58,474 bases of DNA from Candidatus Sericytochromatia bacterium (GCA_035285125.1 JAYKHR010000157.1:1-58474), one strand, 5' to 3'. Shown: positions 10,301 through 19,766, counted from the first letter of the stretch. Notes: a model not told the origin generated them from the letters alone. Made by a program: numbers and translations.

Positions 10301-11844
10301 TCTTGCGGGTTCGGCACGAGCCAATGGGCCTGGCGACGCACCAGGGCCCCAGTCTGGGCCCAATACTGGATGAGGGCCACGATCTGCCCGGGGACGCCCT
10401 CCGCCAGAGCCGCGATGCGCTGCGCCACGGCCTCCGGGACCGAGCCGCCGAGCATCGCCGAGGCCACCGTGAGGCAGTCGACCTCGCTCAACGGGAGCAG
10501 CGTCTCCGCGATGGCTCCGCGGGTCAGCGACTCAGGCAGGGCGCCGCTGGTCCCCAGCAGCCAGCGCCACCCCGTGCCTTCTCCGCGGCCGCGAAGGTAC
10601 TCCAGCAGGCTAGCGGAGTCGGTGTCCAGCCTGTCTGCGTCATCGAGGCAGAACACCAGGCTCGGGCCAGCGGACTCGGCCAACCGCGCCACCGCGTCGA
10701 GGAACCGGGCGCGTTCCGCCGCCGCGTCGAGCGGAGGCGCCGCGACGTCGGCCAGTGCCGGCAACCCTGCCGCAAGCAGCGGTCCCAGGTCTTCCCGGAG
10801 CGCCTGGTCGGCGTCGTCCCACAACATCTGAAGCCAGGGAGAGAGGGCCGCGTAGGGTGCCGCGTCGGCCCCCAACCCGGTGGCCAGCAGGCTCTTGCGG
10901 CCCGCCACCCGGGCCCCCGCGTGGGTCTCGTCGAGCAACCGGGATCGGCCCATGCCGACGCCCCCCTCCAGCACCAAGGTGGTGGGACCCGTGCGGGCCT
11001 GCAGCCAGGCCTCGACGCGAGCAATCAGGGCGTCTCGCCCGATGAGCGGCGGCCCCCAAGGCGTCTGCGACCCATCGTCGACGGCCTCGAGGCCCAAGGC
11101 GGCCAGCAGGGCCGCGCCGTTGGGAAAGCGGGCGGCGGGGTCCTTCGCCAGCAGGTAAGCGATGGCCGTGTCCATCTCCTGCGAGACGGCCACGCCAAGG
11201 TCTCTCAGCCGGGGCGCTGGCGTCTCGACGTGCGCCCGCAGCAGGGCGTCAGTCGCGTCGGCCCGGAACGGCGGCCGGCCCGACAGCAGTTCGTACAAGA
11301 CGGCCCCGAGCATGTACAAATCCGTGCGGCCATCGAGCGGCCGCCCCAAGGCCACCTCGGGCGCCACGTACGCCAGGGTGCCGCTGATAGGGCCCGGCCG
11401 CCCGGCGCGCTTGAGCAACCCGAGGTCCATGAGCTTGGCCGAGCCGTCCGGCATGATCCGCAGGTTCTCAGGCTTGATGTCCCCGTGGACGAAGCCCCGG
11501 CCGTGAAGGAAGTCGAGCGCCGAGGCCACGCAAGGGAGCAGGGCACAGACCGCGTCCTCGCCCATCCCGGGGCGCGCATCCGCCCCCTCGACGATGGGCA
11601 TCGTGAAGTAGGGGGTGCGGTCGTCGGTCTCGCCGTACTCGAGCGCCGGCACCAGCGCGGGGTGCTGAAGCGTCGACATGGCCCAGTGCTCCTGCCTGAA
11701 CAGGAGCCGACCCTCGGCATCAGGCGCCAGGCAGAGCTTCAGGGCGAGCACCCGCCCATCCTTGTGGCGCACCTGCCAGACCTCGCCCATCCCACCCCGA
11801 CCAAGCAGGTCGACGGCTTCAAAATGTGCTGGCAGCGTGGGCAT
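7345..11844 (-). CDS. Ser/Thr protein kinase fused to STAND/AAA ATPase, TPR-like repeats and C-terminal GAF domains
   Basis: LGRGGMGEVW, ALK, HGDIKPEN, DLG, GTLAYVAPE; GGVGMGRS and LDDAD motifs; helical repeats; GAF signature SVRALGMRSVFVVPV..LGVLYLD. Confidence 0.88.
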   Translation of the reverse strand: MPTLPAHFEAVDLLGRGGMGEVWQVRHKDGRVLALKLCLAPDAEGRLLFRQEHWAMSTLQHPALVPALEYGETDDRTPYFTMPIVEGADARPGMGEDAVCALLPCVASALDFLHGRGFVHGDIKPENLRIMPDGSAKLMDLGLLKRAGRPGPISGTLAYVAPEVALGRPLDGRTDLYMLGAVLYELLSGRPPFRADATDALLRAHVETPAPRLRDLGVAVSQEMDTAIAYLLAKDPAARFPNGAALLAALGLEAVDDGSQTPWGPPLIGRDALIARVEAWLQARTGPTTLVLEGGVGMGRSRLLDETHAGARVAGRKSLLATGLGADAAPYAALSPWLQMLWDDADQALREDLGPLLAAGLPALADVAAPPLDAAAERARFLDAVARLAESAGPSLVFCLDDADRLDTDSASLLEYLRGRGEGTGWRWLLGTSGALPESLTRGAIAETLLPLSEVDCLTVASAMLGGSVPEAVAQRIAALAEGVPGQIVALIQYWAQTGALVRRQAHWLVPNPQDLVLPPGEHALADWSLQRLDAAGRELATRAALLGERGALADLEAISRLDASKFFAGVAELEAADILVVGRTSYRFVRPAQAARLISSLSSEDRAAGHRAVAAHLIRTACLAERVAARDLAGMMAIARHQLSSGDAAGAFPWVDACARLCLARGSTLAVAPLVKALAAEGHLEEAASLVVAGFEVYLLRHEGAIDDAISRYESGLLDRFRAQGPQAASEHLVTYASLLQQKGRYEPATVALQVGLGLAQGAGLWATAVRAEFFLGRISYFGGDPQRAIGYIEGAIATGRRQGLASMLPPILSLAGFITATEVPDQRPKAFTMMEEAIDLARADGNLYDTADALSNLGNALMAAGDFVGAKARFEEYLVQCDRLALPTEATFAHLNLAATALELGDTGAAKRHADKALGLSRPQGRRFPEGFAIALGGLIAVLQGHPKEGLAALQAGLDLAREIKNRYLASQIVAMQAEAALLTGQLEMAAALVAERQASGDASDHDEQAARMARIQFGLEATLRPEALLQKLTGEAPDAPAVPGQTAHRDYWAGAAALRLGWFEQADRHLQRAARLAQGEGLQLLAGEVALLRSLVAESSGSRPAATRFSSAAREGARLGGSFLLSSLATLVESRLPGGDATAAREARAQVAAWLECLPELARESAVQVACRDMALAEMPDEGGDDGGLAGWLLRLTTQADAESLRTEVVRAATELLDPEAAFLVQVEGEAVVRIVASGSASNQQDEFVGAFAREVLTAGEERQTAQHTVPGQPPRHLAGVPIAERRGEALVVRFNAAQGAPSSRRLATLGTLARQMGALVFQREALEVAVVQAEASTAGLEAALKVLHTTDLSVRLACVAAEALAVSGAERLLWLRQPEGGGRLVCDGAYGAGGVPLEDEWQMYTKGVTRRAIAQRKATFVCDVQQEEDFRDRGSVRALGMRSVFVVPVLQGETLLGVLYLDQQHMVSASEVALGKLEAIGGVWARILSGASARA

Positions 11845-11933
11845 CGACGGAAAAATCCTTCAGCAGGGGGACGGCCTAGAGGTTATACCCGGATGCGAGA
11901 ACCATGGGGCGCCCCCGGGGGTATACCCACCCC

Positions 11934-12377
11934 GTGAAGAATTCCTCTGAGCCCCGAGCCGAATCCCGCCCGATCGTGACGGTCGGTGCCCTCGCCGTGG
12001 CCCCCGACGGCCGGTTTCTGATCGTACGGACCCACAAGTGGCTCGGCACCTGGGGTGTGCCGGGCGGCAAGATCGACCGCGGCGAGACCATGGAGGCGGC
12101 GCTCGTCCGCGAGTTCCGGGAGGAGACCGGCCTGTCGGTGCGCGATGTCCGCTTCGTCGCGGTCTATGACGCGGTGGACTCTCCCGAGTTCTACAAGCCC
12201 AGCCACATGGTGCTGCTCAACTTCGTCTGTGCCTGCGACGGGGGCGAGGTCCAGCTGTCGGACGAGGCTGAGGCCTGGCGCTGGGTGTCAGCGGAAGAGG
12301 CGCTCGAGATGCCGCTGAACACCTTCACCCGCCAGCTGGTCGAGGCTGCACGCAGCCAGGGGCTCCTGCCCCACTGA
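11934..12377 (+). CDS. NUDIX hydrolase
   Basis: Nudix box GGKIDRGETMEAALVREFREETGL; GTG start at 11934 assumed. Confidence 0.9.
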   Translation: MKNSSEPRAESRPIVTVGALAVAPDGRFLIVRTHKWLGTWGVPGGKIDRGETMEAALVREFREETGLSVRDVRFVAVYDAVDSPEFYKPSHMVLLNFVCACDGGEVQLSDEAEAWRWVSAEEALEMPLNTFTRQLVEAARSQGLLPH

Positions 12378-12535
12378 GGCCGTCCCGAGGCCCTCAGTCG
12401 ACGCGGGCAGCTGTGTCGCGGACCAGCTTCCAGAGGAACCCGCCAGGGCGCTTGGCGAGTCCGGGTTCAGAGGTGGTACACTTCAGCAGCCGCGCCTCTT
12501 TTGGGCCATCAGGCCCGCCGCCCTCGGAGGAATCA

Positions 12536-14305
12536 ATGACGATTCAGTCTCCCCCCCCCGGCACCGCGCTGGATTCCCGGGGTCGCCTTGACCTCGAGGC
12601 GCTCCAGGTGGCCATTCGCGCCTTCAATGAGCAAGGACAGCTGGGGGCCGACCCGCTCGCCGCGCTGTACGGCGCGCGTCGGCAGGCCTGGAGCCTTTTC
12701 TCCGTGGGCCTGCGGGACGAGGAGATGGAGGCCCTGCGCAGCTACATCTTCCCCTACCGGTCGCTGCCGAGCACGCCCGACGCGGCGCCCGCCCCGGCCT
12801 GGAACCTGATCGACGGCACCTGGCGCAAGCCCCGGGCTGGTGGCACGGCCGTCATCAACTGCCTGTGGGACAACCGGGTCCCGCTCGTCGAGGTGGCCGA
12901 CTCGCAACCCGACGACGTCGAGGACGTCGTCGACGCAGCCTGGCGCTTCTGGTCGAGCTTCGAGTGGGCCAACGAGGTGACGTCCTATCGCAAGTGGGTC
13001 GTCAACAACTTCTCGCGGCTGCTGGAGTACTTCTCCGAGGACGTGATGCGCGAGATTCGCCACGTCATTCCCAAGACGCGGATGGAGGCCGAGAAGGACT
13101 TCTGGGAGGCGAAGCGGGCTGCCGACCACATCGGCGGCAACGCGGAGAAGGCCTTGCGGGGAGAAATCGTGCCCCCGATGGTGGACGGCCACAGCTACTG
13201 GAAGAACGGCTTCCTGCCGGCGGGCGTCTCCGCCGTCGTCACGCCGATGAACTTCATCTACGGCATCCCGGTCATTCAGCTCGTCGGGTGCTACATGTCG
13301 GGCTCGCCGATGATCTTCAAGGGCCACCCCTTCGGCGGCATCTGCAACACGGTGATGGCCCGTATGCTGCTCGCGGCCGGCGCCGACCCGCGCGCGGTCC
13401 ACAAGCTCGAGGGCTTTGGCGGTGGCATCGCTGGCCTCGCGACGCACGAGAAGGTGGCCGTCGTGTCCCTGACGGGGTCGGAGAAGACGGCCAAGGCGAT
13501 CGCCGCCGGTCGGGGCGTGCGCACGCTGAAGTTCGAGGGCGGCGGTTGCAACTGGGCCTACGTGGACGAGGGCTACACCGACGAGGAGCTGACGCGCATC
13601 GCCGTTCGGCTCGTTTACTCCAAGCTGGGCTTCAGCAGCCACAAGTGCACCACCCTCCACGGCATCGCCGCCACCCCCGCCGTGCTCGGCAAGCTCGAGG
13701 CGCTGGTGAACGCGGAGATGGACCGCTGGACCGTGGGCGACCCGCACCAGACGGACAACCCGAAGACCATCGGCCCCAACATGGTCCACAAGGCGAGCAC
13801 CGTGGACCACATCAAGGCAGGTGCGCGGGCGGCCGGCCTGCGGATCGCCCGCGACGGCGGCAAGGTGACGGGCACAGACTACGCCGACCACGCCGAGGTG
13901 ATTTCCCCGCTCGTCATCGCCGACTGCCAGCCGGTCTCGATGGTGACCGCAAACTGGGACGGCAAGGGTGAGGAAACCTTCAACCTGACGACGACCGAGT
14001 TCTTCATGCCCATCCTGTGCCTGATGCCGCTCGACGACTTCGAGTCCTTCCTGCGGTTCGCGGTGCTGACCAACACCCATGACCTCGCCTGCTCCATCTG
14101 GACGCGAGACGACAAGAAGCTCCAGCGCGCGCGGCGCATCATCGGTGGGATGCTCAAGGAGAACGACGGCACGGACTCCGCCATGGACTGGGAGGAGTTC
14201 GGCGCCTCGGGCATCGGTGACTCCGGCAACATGGGCGTCGGTGACGCGGAGACCACCGTCGCCATCTACAGCCGTCGCCAGAAGGGCCGCCACGTCGTCT
14301 TCTGA
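12536..14305 (+). CDS. Divergent aldehyde dehydrogenase family protein
   Basis: VTPMNF, SLTGS, FEGGGCN (catalytic Glu region), SHKCTT (catalytic Cys), EFFMP; GGAGG RBS before ATG 12536. Confidence 0.8.
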   Translation: MTIQSPPPGTALDSRGRLDLEALQVAIRAFNEQGQLGADPLAALYGARRQAWSLFSVGLRDEEMEALRSYIFPYRSLPSTPDAAPAPAWNLIDGTWRKPRAGGTAVINCLWDNRVPLVEVADSQPDDVEDVVDAAWRFWSSFEWANEVTSYRKWVVNNFSRLLEYFSEDVMREIRHVIPKTRMEAEKDFWEAKRAADHIGGNAEKALRGEIVPPMVDGHSYWKNGFLPAGVSAVVTPMNFIYGIPVIQLVGCYMSGSPMIFKGHPFGGICNTVMARMLLAAGADPRAVHKLEGFGGGIAGLATHEKVAVVSLTGSEKTAKAIAAGRGVRTLKFEGGGCNWAYVDEGYTDEELTRIAVRLVYSKLGFSSHKCTTLHGIAATPAVLGKLEALVNAEMDRWTVGDPHQTDNPKTIGPNMVHKASTVDHIKAGARAAGLRIARDGGKVTGTDYADHAEVISPLVIADCQPVSMVTANWDGKGEETFNLTTTEFFMPILCLMPLDDFESFLRFAVLTNTHDLACSIWTRDDKKLQRARRIIGGMLKENDGTDSAMDWEEFGASGIGDSGNMGVGDAETTVAIYSRRQKGRHVVF

Positions 14306-14331
14306 AGCCGCCCCGGGTTGCCTCTGACCTG

Positions 14332-14913
14332 TCAGTAGGTCTCCACGCGCTCAGCGCCCGTGTCCGCGAGGACACGGGCGGCCTGTTTGGTTTCAGGTCC
14401 TTGGCCGTGCGCCACCAGCAGCCAGGCCCCGTGGCTGAGGGCGGCTTCGTAGTCATGGCACCGCGCCGCCGAGTCCCGATCGTCCACGATGGCCCCGAGG
14501 ATCGTGCCGAAGCCGAACCCGAACATGGCTGCAAAGATGCACCCGAGGGCGGCAAACGCTGGCCCTGCGGCTTGAAGGGCGGGGCCCAACCCCGGTGCCG
14601 CCAGAAGCAACAGGAACGTCGTCACGGCAAGCAGGATGCCCATGGCGGCCCAGACAACCTCCTCGGCGCCACTCTGCGCGATCTGCTGCGAGAGGGTCAC
14701 GGGCGAGACGATGGTCACGGCCGCGCCGCCCTCCACCGCATCAAGGACGCGGGCCGCGCCTGCCGGGTCGTCCGCCAGCAGGGCCAGCCGGCGTGGGTCG
14801 AAGCCCGACGCCCGCAGCCGGGCGATCGCCAGGGTCACGTCGTCTGGACGCCCGAACGTCCCGACGGCGAGGTGCTCCCGCAGCAGGGCCTGGATCACCC
14901 GGGGTCGCGTCAT
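14332..14913 (-). CDS. Membrane protein resembling general stress protein / glycine-zipper hairpin families
   Basis: AVGTF..AIARLRASGF N-terminus, two TM helices, YEAALSHGAWLLVAH C-terminus. Confidence 0.55.
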   Translation of the reverse strand: MTRPRVIQALLREHLAVGTFGRPDDVTLAIARLRASGFDPRRLALLADDPAGAARVLDAVEGGAAVTIVSPVTLSQQIAQSGAEEVVWAAMGILLAVTTFLLLLAAPGLGPALQAAGPAFAALGCIFAAMFGFGFGTILGAIVDDRDSAARCHDYEAALSHGAWLLVAHGQGPETKQAARVLADTGAERVETY

Positions 14914-14938
14914 ACCGCCTCCCCGCGCCGAGGATCGC

Positions 14939-15922
14939 TCAGCGCTGTGGGGTCATCCTAACGGGTTCAGGGGCCGGGGCTGAAGCGTCGAGCGGGCGTT
15001 GGAGCAGGGCCTCGCGAATCAGGTGGCGGGTGGTGCCCATGCAGGCGATCGTCACGGCGAGCAGCGCCACGGCCGTGCGCAGCCTCGCCGCACCACGCAG
15101 CGTGTCCAGCAGGCTGAAAATCGCCCCGAGGCCCGCCAGCACCCCGAGGGCGAGGACGGTGACGGCAGGCCAGGTCAGTGCGCCCCTCGGCAACGTGAGC
15201 AGCACCAGCGGCCCCACCACGAACTGGGCGGCCGTGGTGCCGATGGCCACGCGCCCGCCGAAGATCCGCAGGCGAGCCAGGTCCTCGACAGGCGTGCCGC
15301 TGGCGGCCCGCCCCCACCACCCCATCACCCAGAGCCCCGCGATGGCGAGGCTGGCAAGCAGAAAGTGGAGGTAGCGTGGCAGCACGTTGCCGACGTGCAG
15401 CAGGGCGTCGAAAAAACCGGGGCGACGGGCCATGGCGCTCGCGTCCAGCATCAGCTGGGTGTTCGTGAGGTAGATGAGGGGCACGCAGAGCAACACGGCC
15501 GCCCCCGCAAGGCCTGAGGCCGCGTGCCACCTCGGCCTGGCGTCGCCCCAGCCCCCGAAGCCGTACTTGTAGGCATACAGCAGCCCGAAGGCGAGGGTCA
15601 CGAGCCACAAGACGGAGAGCCAGAAGGGCGCGATGAGCAGGCTGCTGGTGTAAAACGGCTCGGTGTAGGCCACGCTGACCAGCAGCAGCGGGCCAACGCC
15701 CAGCACCACGGCCAAGCTCTTGTGGACCGTGACCGTGTCCATGAGCTGCCCGGCGAAGCGGCGCCAGAAAGGGTCGCGACGCCCCAGCCCGTGGGCGAGC
15801 AGCGCGAGCAAGGTGCCCCCCACCATCAGGTTCACGAACACGATGTGGACGAGGAAGGCGACCACGAGGGACACCTTGGCGGCCAACAGCGGGATCGGCA
15901 GGGGTAAATCGACAGGGCTCAC
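14939..15922 (-). CDS. Multi-pass membrane protein, CydA-like (bd superfamily OR-N type) partner subunit
   Basis: About 8 TM helices with His in FLVHIVFVN and RYLHFLLAS, and MGTTRHLIRE; GTG start overlaps the upstream stop (GTGA). Confidence 0.65.
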   Translation of the reverse strand: MSPVDLPLPIPLLAAKVSLVVAFLVHIVFVNLMVGGTLLALLAHGLGRRDPFWRRFAGQLMDTVTVHKSLAVVLGVGPLLLVSVAYTEPFYTSSLLIAPFWLSVLWLVTLAFGLLYAYKYGFGGWGDARPRWHAASGLAGAAVLLCVPLIYLTNTQLMLDASAMARRPGFFDALLHVGNVLPRYLHFLLASLAIAGLWVMGWWGRAASGTPVEDLARLRIFGGRVAIGTTAAQFVVGPLVLLTLPRGALTWPAVTVLALGVLAGLGAIFSLLDTLRGAARLRTAVALLAVTIACMGTTRHLIREALLQRPLDASAPAPEPVRMTPQR

Positions 15923-17256
15923 GGGCGCCCCTCCGGCTTGCGGGCCAGGCGCGAGCCATCCCCGGCCTCGCGAGCGAGGAACTCCGCCAGCGCGCGCCGC
16001 TCTGCAGCCGTGCCGACAAAGGGGGGCATGAACGGGTGCACCCGGTGCTGGACGCCCACGAACTCGTCGATCTGACGCGCCGGCCACCCCGCCACGCGCG
16101 GCACGAGGGCGTTGGGCCCGCGGAGCGTGTGGCACGTCGCGCACTGCAGGCGAAACAGCGCCTGCCCGGCCTCGCTTTCCTGGCCTGGCACCACGGCCCG
16201 CACCGCTTGCCAGCGGGTGTGCGGCAGGAGGCCCTCGCGGTCCAGGCGCGGGACGTCTGCGACCCGCAGGCCGTTGGCGTACATGTAGCCCGGAATGAGG
16301 TAAGGCTTCCGGGCAAACTCGCGCACGCGCTCGAAGTGGCCCAGCGCGAGGGTGAGCGAGAGGCCGACGCCCAGCGCGAGCGGTACAGGCCACGGCCGCG
16401 TGCGGCGCAACCCCCAGAGCCCCAGCACCAGCAACCCCACCCAGAGCGCGAGGTGCACGGCGGCGGCCCGATCCGCCCACTGGGCGAACGCCAGCGTGGC
16501 CGCAGCCGCGGGAAGCTGGGCCTTCACGTGGTCAGGCAGCACCGCCAGGTACCAGGCCCCGCCCAGGGCCATGAGCGGGGCCGCCGCCAGGCAGAAGCGG
16601 GCGCAGAGCTGCCCGAAGGCCACGCGCGTGGAGGCCGGCGCGAGCCACGGCGCGAGCGTCGCCCCGAGCGCTGCGGCCAGCGCCAGCGCGAGCCCGGTGC
16701 GCAGCAGGACCTGGGGGAGGTAAGTCGGGTTGAAGAAGGCACTCCAGAAGCCGCGATCCGAGACCCACGCCCCGGGCGTGAGCATGGCCCCGAGGATGCC
16801 CACGATAACCAGCAGCGTGACGTACGAGGTGCCGACGTAGGCCCAGCCCAGCTGCAGGTGCCGCCGGCGATCGCAGAAGGCATCCCAGGAAAGGAAGTAC
16901 GCCAGCACCATGCCGACCTCGGCCAGGAAGACGAACCACTCGACAAACCAGGCCCAAAAGAAGATCCGCAACAGGGCCGCGATGCCTTGCGGCGCGCTGA
17001 CCATCGCCGAGAACCAGATGCCGACACCCGACAAGGCCCCCACGGTGGTCGTCGCCAGGAAGAAGGCAAAGGCCAGGCGCCGGGCGAGTCTCTCCCAGTC
17101 TGCGTCGCCCGTGCGCAGGGCGTGTCGCTCAGCGAGCACGACGAGCAGCGAGCCGCCGATCGCCGCGCTGTGGTTCACCAGCACGTGAAGCGTGGCAATG
17201 ACCGCAATCAGGACGCGGTTGCCGACAACGGGGAGTTCGTAGTAGGGGAAGTCCAT
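15919..17256 (-). CDS. Cytochrome bd subunit I-like membrane domain fused to C-terminal cytochrome c (OR-C type)
   Basis: TLHVLVNH, WFVEWFVFLAE, FFNPT, REFARKPY (CydA EYGRQPW equivalent); heme c motif CATCH with distal MPPF. Confidence 0.8.
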   Translation of the reverse strand: MDFPYYELPVVGNRVLIAVIATLHVLVNHSAAIGGSLLVVLAERHALRTGDADWERLARRLAFAFFLATTTVGALSGVGIWFSAMVSAPQGIAALLRIFFWAWFVEWFVFLAEVGMVLAYFLSWDAFCDRRRHLQLGWAYVGTSYVTLLVIVGILGAMLTPGAWVSDRGFWSAFFNPTYLPQVLLRTGLALALAAALGATLAPWLAPASTRVAFGQLCARFCLAAAPLMALGGAWYLAVLPDHVKAQLPAAAATLAFAQWADRAAAVHLALWVGLLVLGLWGLRRTRPWPVPLALGVGLSLTLALGHFERVREFARKPYLIPGYMYANGLRVADVPRLDREGLLPHTRWQAVRAVVPGQESEAGQALFRLQCATCHTLRGPNALVPRVAGWPARQIDEFVGVQHRVHPFMPPFVGTAAERRALAEFLAREAGDGSRLARKPEGRP

Positions 17257-17290
17257 GGGGCGGCCTCGGCGAAGCGGGACCGCGCCGGCC

Positions 17291-17893
17291 TCAGCTGCCG
17301 ACCTGGGCGAAGCCGAGCCGCGGCGCAGCCCCCGGCGCCTTGTTCCTGGCGGGATCGTAGTCGAAAATCGTGTAGTTGACGGTCAGGCCAGCATCCCCCG
17401 GCACCTGGTGGCGCAGCCGGAAAACCAGCGGCAGGTCCTCACTCACGCCCGCCTTCAGGATGCGGTGGTCGTCGCAGAAGCACTTGATGAGCTCGAACGC
17501 CGAGTCAGTGGCCGGTACCACCATGTGCACGGCCCGGTAGTCGAGGTCTCGAGGCGTGAGGTTCGTCAGCCGGTACAGCACCACCGTGATGTCCCCGGTC
17601 TTGACCCACAGCCGCCGCTCCAGCGGCCGGATGTCGATGGGCAACTGGCCGCTGACGCCCATGAAGTTGACGAGCGACGTGGCCGTGTCCGCCCTCTCCT
17701 TGCCGATGCCCTCCCGGGCAATCCGGGCCAGGACGGCCGTCGGGTTCTGCTCGGCAGGCAGGGGTACCCCGAGCACGCCACACACCTTGCGGTAGAGCGG
17801 CGCATAGACCCAGGGAAGCGCGGCCATCATGGCCACGACGGCAATCACGAGGGCCGTCAGCCGGCGCCGGTTGGGGAGAGCTTCGTGGGACAT
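17291..17893 (-). CDS. ctaG: Cytochrome c oxidase copper assembly protein CtaG/Cox11
   Basis: One TM, PLYRKVC and IKCFC copper motif; start moved to ATG 17893. Confidence 0.85.
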   Translation of the reverse strand: MSHEALPNRRRLTALVIAVVAMMAALPWVYAPLYRKVCGVLGVPLPAEQNPTAVLARIAREGIGKERADTATSLVNFMGVSGQLPIDIRPLERRLWVKTGDITVVLYRLTNLTPRDLDYRAVHMVVPATDSAFELIKCFCDDHRILKAGVSEDLPLVFRLRHQVPGDAGLTVNYTIFDYDPARNKAPGAAPRLGFAQVGS

Positions 17894-17897
17894 GACA

Positions 17898-19766
17898 TCA
17901 CCGCCCGGCCAGGTGGGCCGCAACGAGCTGCGGCCCACCCAGCGCGGCATCCAGCGTGAGGCAGGAGAACAGCACGAGGGTGTAGACGATCGAGTAGGCA
18001 AACAGGCGGGTTGCATCCCGACGGGCCTCCGTCTGCACCACCTTCAGCGCGAGGGCCAGGAACCCGAGCCCCAGCAGCACGGCCGAGAAGAAGTAGATCG
18101 GCCCAGCGGCCCCGAGGGGCACCAGGAAGAGCGAGAGCGGCACCAGCATCAAGGTGTAGATGGCGATCCAGCGCGCTGTCGCCGTGACGCCGTAGACCAC
18201 GGGGAACATCGGCACACGCGCAGCCACGTAGTCATCCAGGCGGTAAATGGCCAGCGCCCAGAAGTGTGGCGGGGTCCAGAAGAAGATGATGGCGAACATC
18301 ACCCACGCGGCCCAGTCGAGCGAACCCGTCACGGCTGCCCAGCAGATGAGAGGCGCGCTCGCGCCCGCGGCGCCCCCGATGACGATGTTCTGCGGAGACG
18401 ACCCCTTGAGCACGAGGGTGTAGAAGAAGCCGTAGAACAGCAAGCTGAACGCCGCAATCGCCGTGGCGAGCCAGGTGGTCTGCCAGGCCAGCAAGGCGAG
18501 CGAGGCCACGCCAAGCAGGATGGCAAAGACGAGGGCGTGCGCGGGCGCCACGAGGCCGGCGGGGATAGGCCGGGCGGCGGTGCGAACCATTTGCCGGTCA
18601 CGCTCTCGCTCGAAGTACTGGTTGAACACGGCCGCAGAGCCCGCCGCCCCGGCCGTCCCCACGAGGGCAGCAAGCGCCAGTCCCCAGCCAAGCGAGCCCC
18701 GGGCAGCGATGATCAGCGCCGGCAACCCCGTGAGCACCACGAGCATCACGATGGTGGGCTTCGTGAGCTGGTAGTAGGCTCCCAACGCCTGGCGCCAGGC
18801 GAGGGGGCGGAGCGTAGCCACCACCTCGGAATCCTCGGCCGCCAGCGCGGCGGTCTGCCCCCGCCCCCCCGGGTCGCCGAGGCGGGGGAAGCAGGCGTAA
18901 ACAGCAAGGTAGAGGACGACGAACAGCGTCATCCCGATCGCGAGATGTGCCACCGAGAGGGCCGGCGGGATTTCGGCCAGCACGGTGGCCGCGCCCAGGC
19001 CGATCTGCGCGATGACCAGCAGGCCAGCCAGGCGGGCCCAGCGCCGCACACGGCCCCCCCCCTGAAGCTCGACCGCGACCACCATCAGGAAGACGCAGGC
19101 GGCGACCGTCAGGGCACCCAGCCGGTGCACCACCTGCACCCCCACATTGCCGATGAGCGGCGGCACCCACATCCCGTAACAGGTGGGGAAGTCGGGACAG
19201 GCCAGCCCGGCGTGCGAGACGGAGACCATCGCCCCGAGGAACAGCTGCCCGAAGCACGCCACGGTGGTGGCGAGCACCAGCCAGCGGTAGACGCCGGGCC
19301 TGGGAGCCTCTCCGGCCCCGTGCAGCGACTCCCGGCCTCGCTGGGCCGCCGTGACCCACGTGATAAGCAGCAAGGCCGCAAGCTCGAGGTGAGTGGCGAC
19401 GACAGCCGGCGGCATGTCGTAGGCGACGGTGACGGCGCCGAAGGTCACGAGCGAGACGATGAGGACGAGCGTCAGCCCCACGAGCCGGCCCAGCCGCTCC
19501 CGCAGCCGCTGGTTGAGCAGCACCCAGCCAGACATGCCGACCAGGGTGGCGGACACGATGGCGCCCACCAGGCGGTGGCCGTACTCCAGGATGCTCTCGA
19601 AGTTCATCGCAGGCAGCCACTGGCCGTGGCAGAGCGGCCAGTCGGGGCAGCCCATCCCGGACCCCGTGGCCCGCACGGTCGAGCCGAGCAGCACCTGCGC
19701 CACGATAAGGGCGATGGTGAGCCAGGCCAAACGGGTGAACCGACGGTACAGCGCGACGTCCGACAT
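17898..19766 (-). CDS. ctaB: Fused heme A synthase (CtaA/COX15) and heme O synthase (CtaB/CyoE)
   Basis: N-half GSGMGCPDWPLCHG, EYGHR, GLACPDFPTCYG; C-half LTKP, DRQMVRTAARPIP, NIVIGGAAG, WTPPHFWAL. Confidence 0.92.
   Translation of the reverse strand: MSDVALYRRFTRLAWLTIALIVAQVLLGSTVRATGSGMGCPDWPLCHGQWLPAMNFESILEYGHRLVGAIVSATLVGMSGWVLLNQRLRERLGRLVGLTLVLIVSLVTFGAVTVAYDMPPAVVATHLELAALLLITWVTAAQRGRESLHGAGEAPRPGVYRWLVLATTVACFGQLFLGAMVSVSHAGLACPDFPTCYGMWVPPLIGNVGVQVVHRLGALTVAACVFLMVVAVELQGGGRVRRWARLAGLLVIAQIGLGAATVLAEIPPALSVAHLAIGMTLFVVLYLAVYACFPRLGDPGGRGQTAALAAEDSEVVATLRPLAWRQALGAYYQLTKPTIVMLVVLTGLPALIIAARGSLGWGLALAALVGTAGAAGSAAVFNQYFERERDRQMVRTAARPIPAGLVAPAHALVFAILLGVASLALLAWQTTWLATAIAAFSLLFYGFFYTLVLKGSSPQNIVIGGAAGASAPLICWAAVTGSLDWAAWVMFAIIFFWTPPHFWALAIYRLDDYVAARVPMFPVVYGVTATARWIAIYTLMLVPLSLFLVPLGAAGPIYFFSAVLLGLGFLALALKVVQTEARRDATRLFAYSIVYTLVLFSCLTLDAALGGPQLVAAHLAGR

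Noticed and set aside
7345..11844. Avs/NLR-type anti-phage system
   Set aside because: No nuclease, SIR2 or TIR effector, and the neighbourhood is housekeeping. The GAF domains favour signalling.
11881..11928. Repeated GGKTATACCC motif between the kinase and NUDIX genes
   Set aside because: More simply explained as divergent -10-like elements, and too short to support an operator call.
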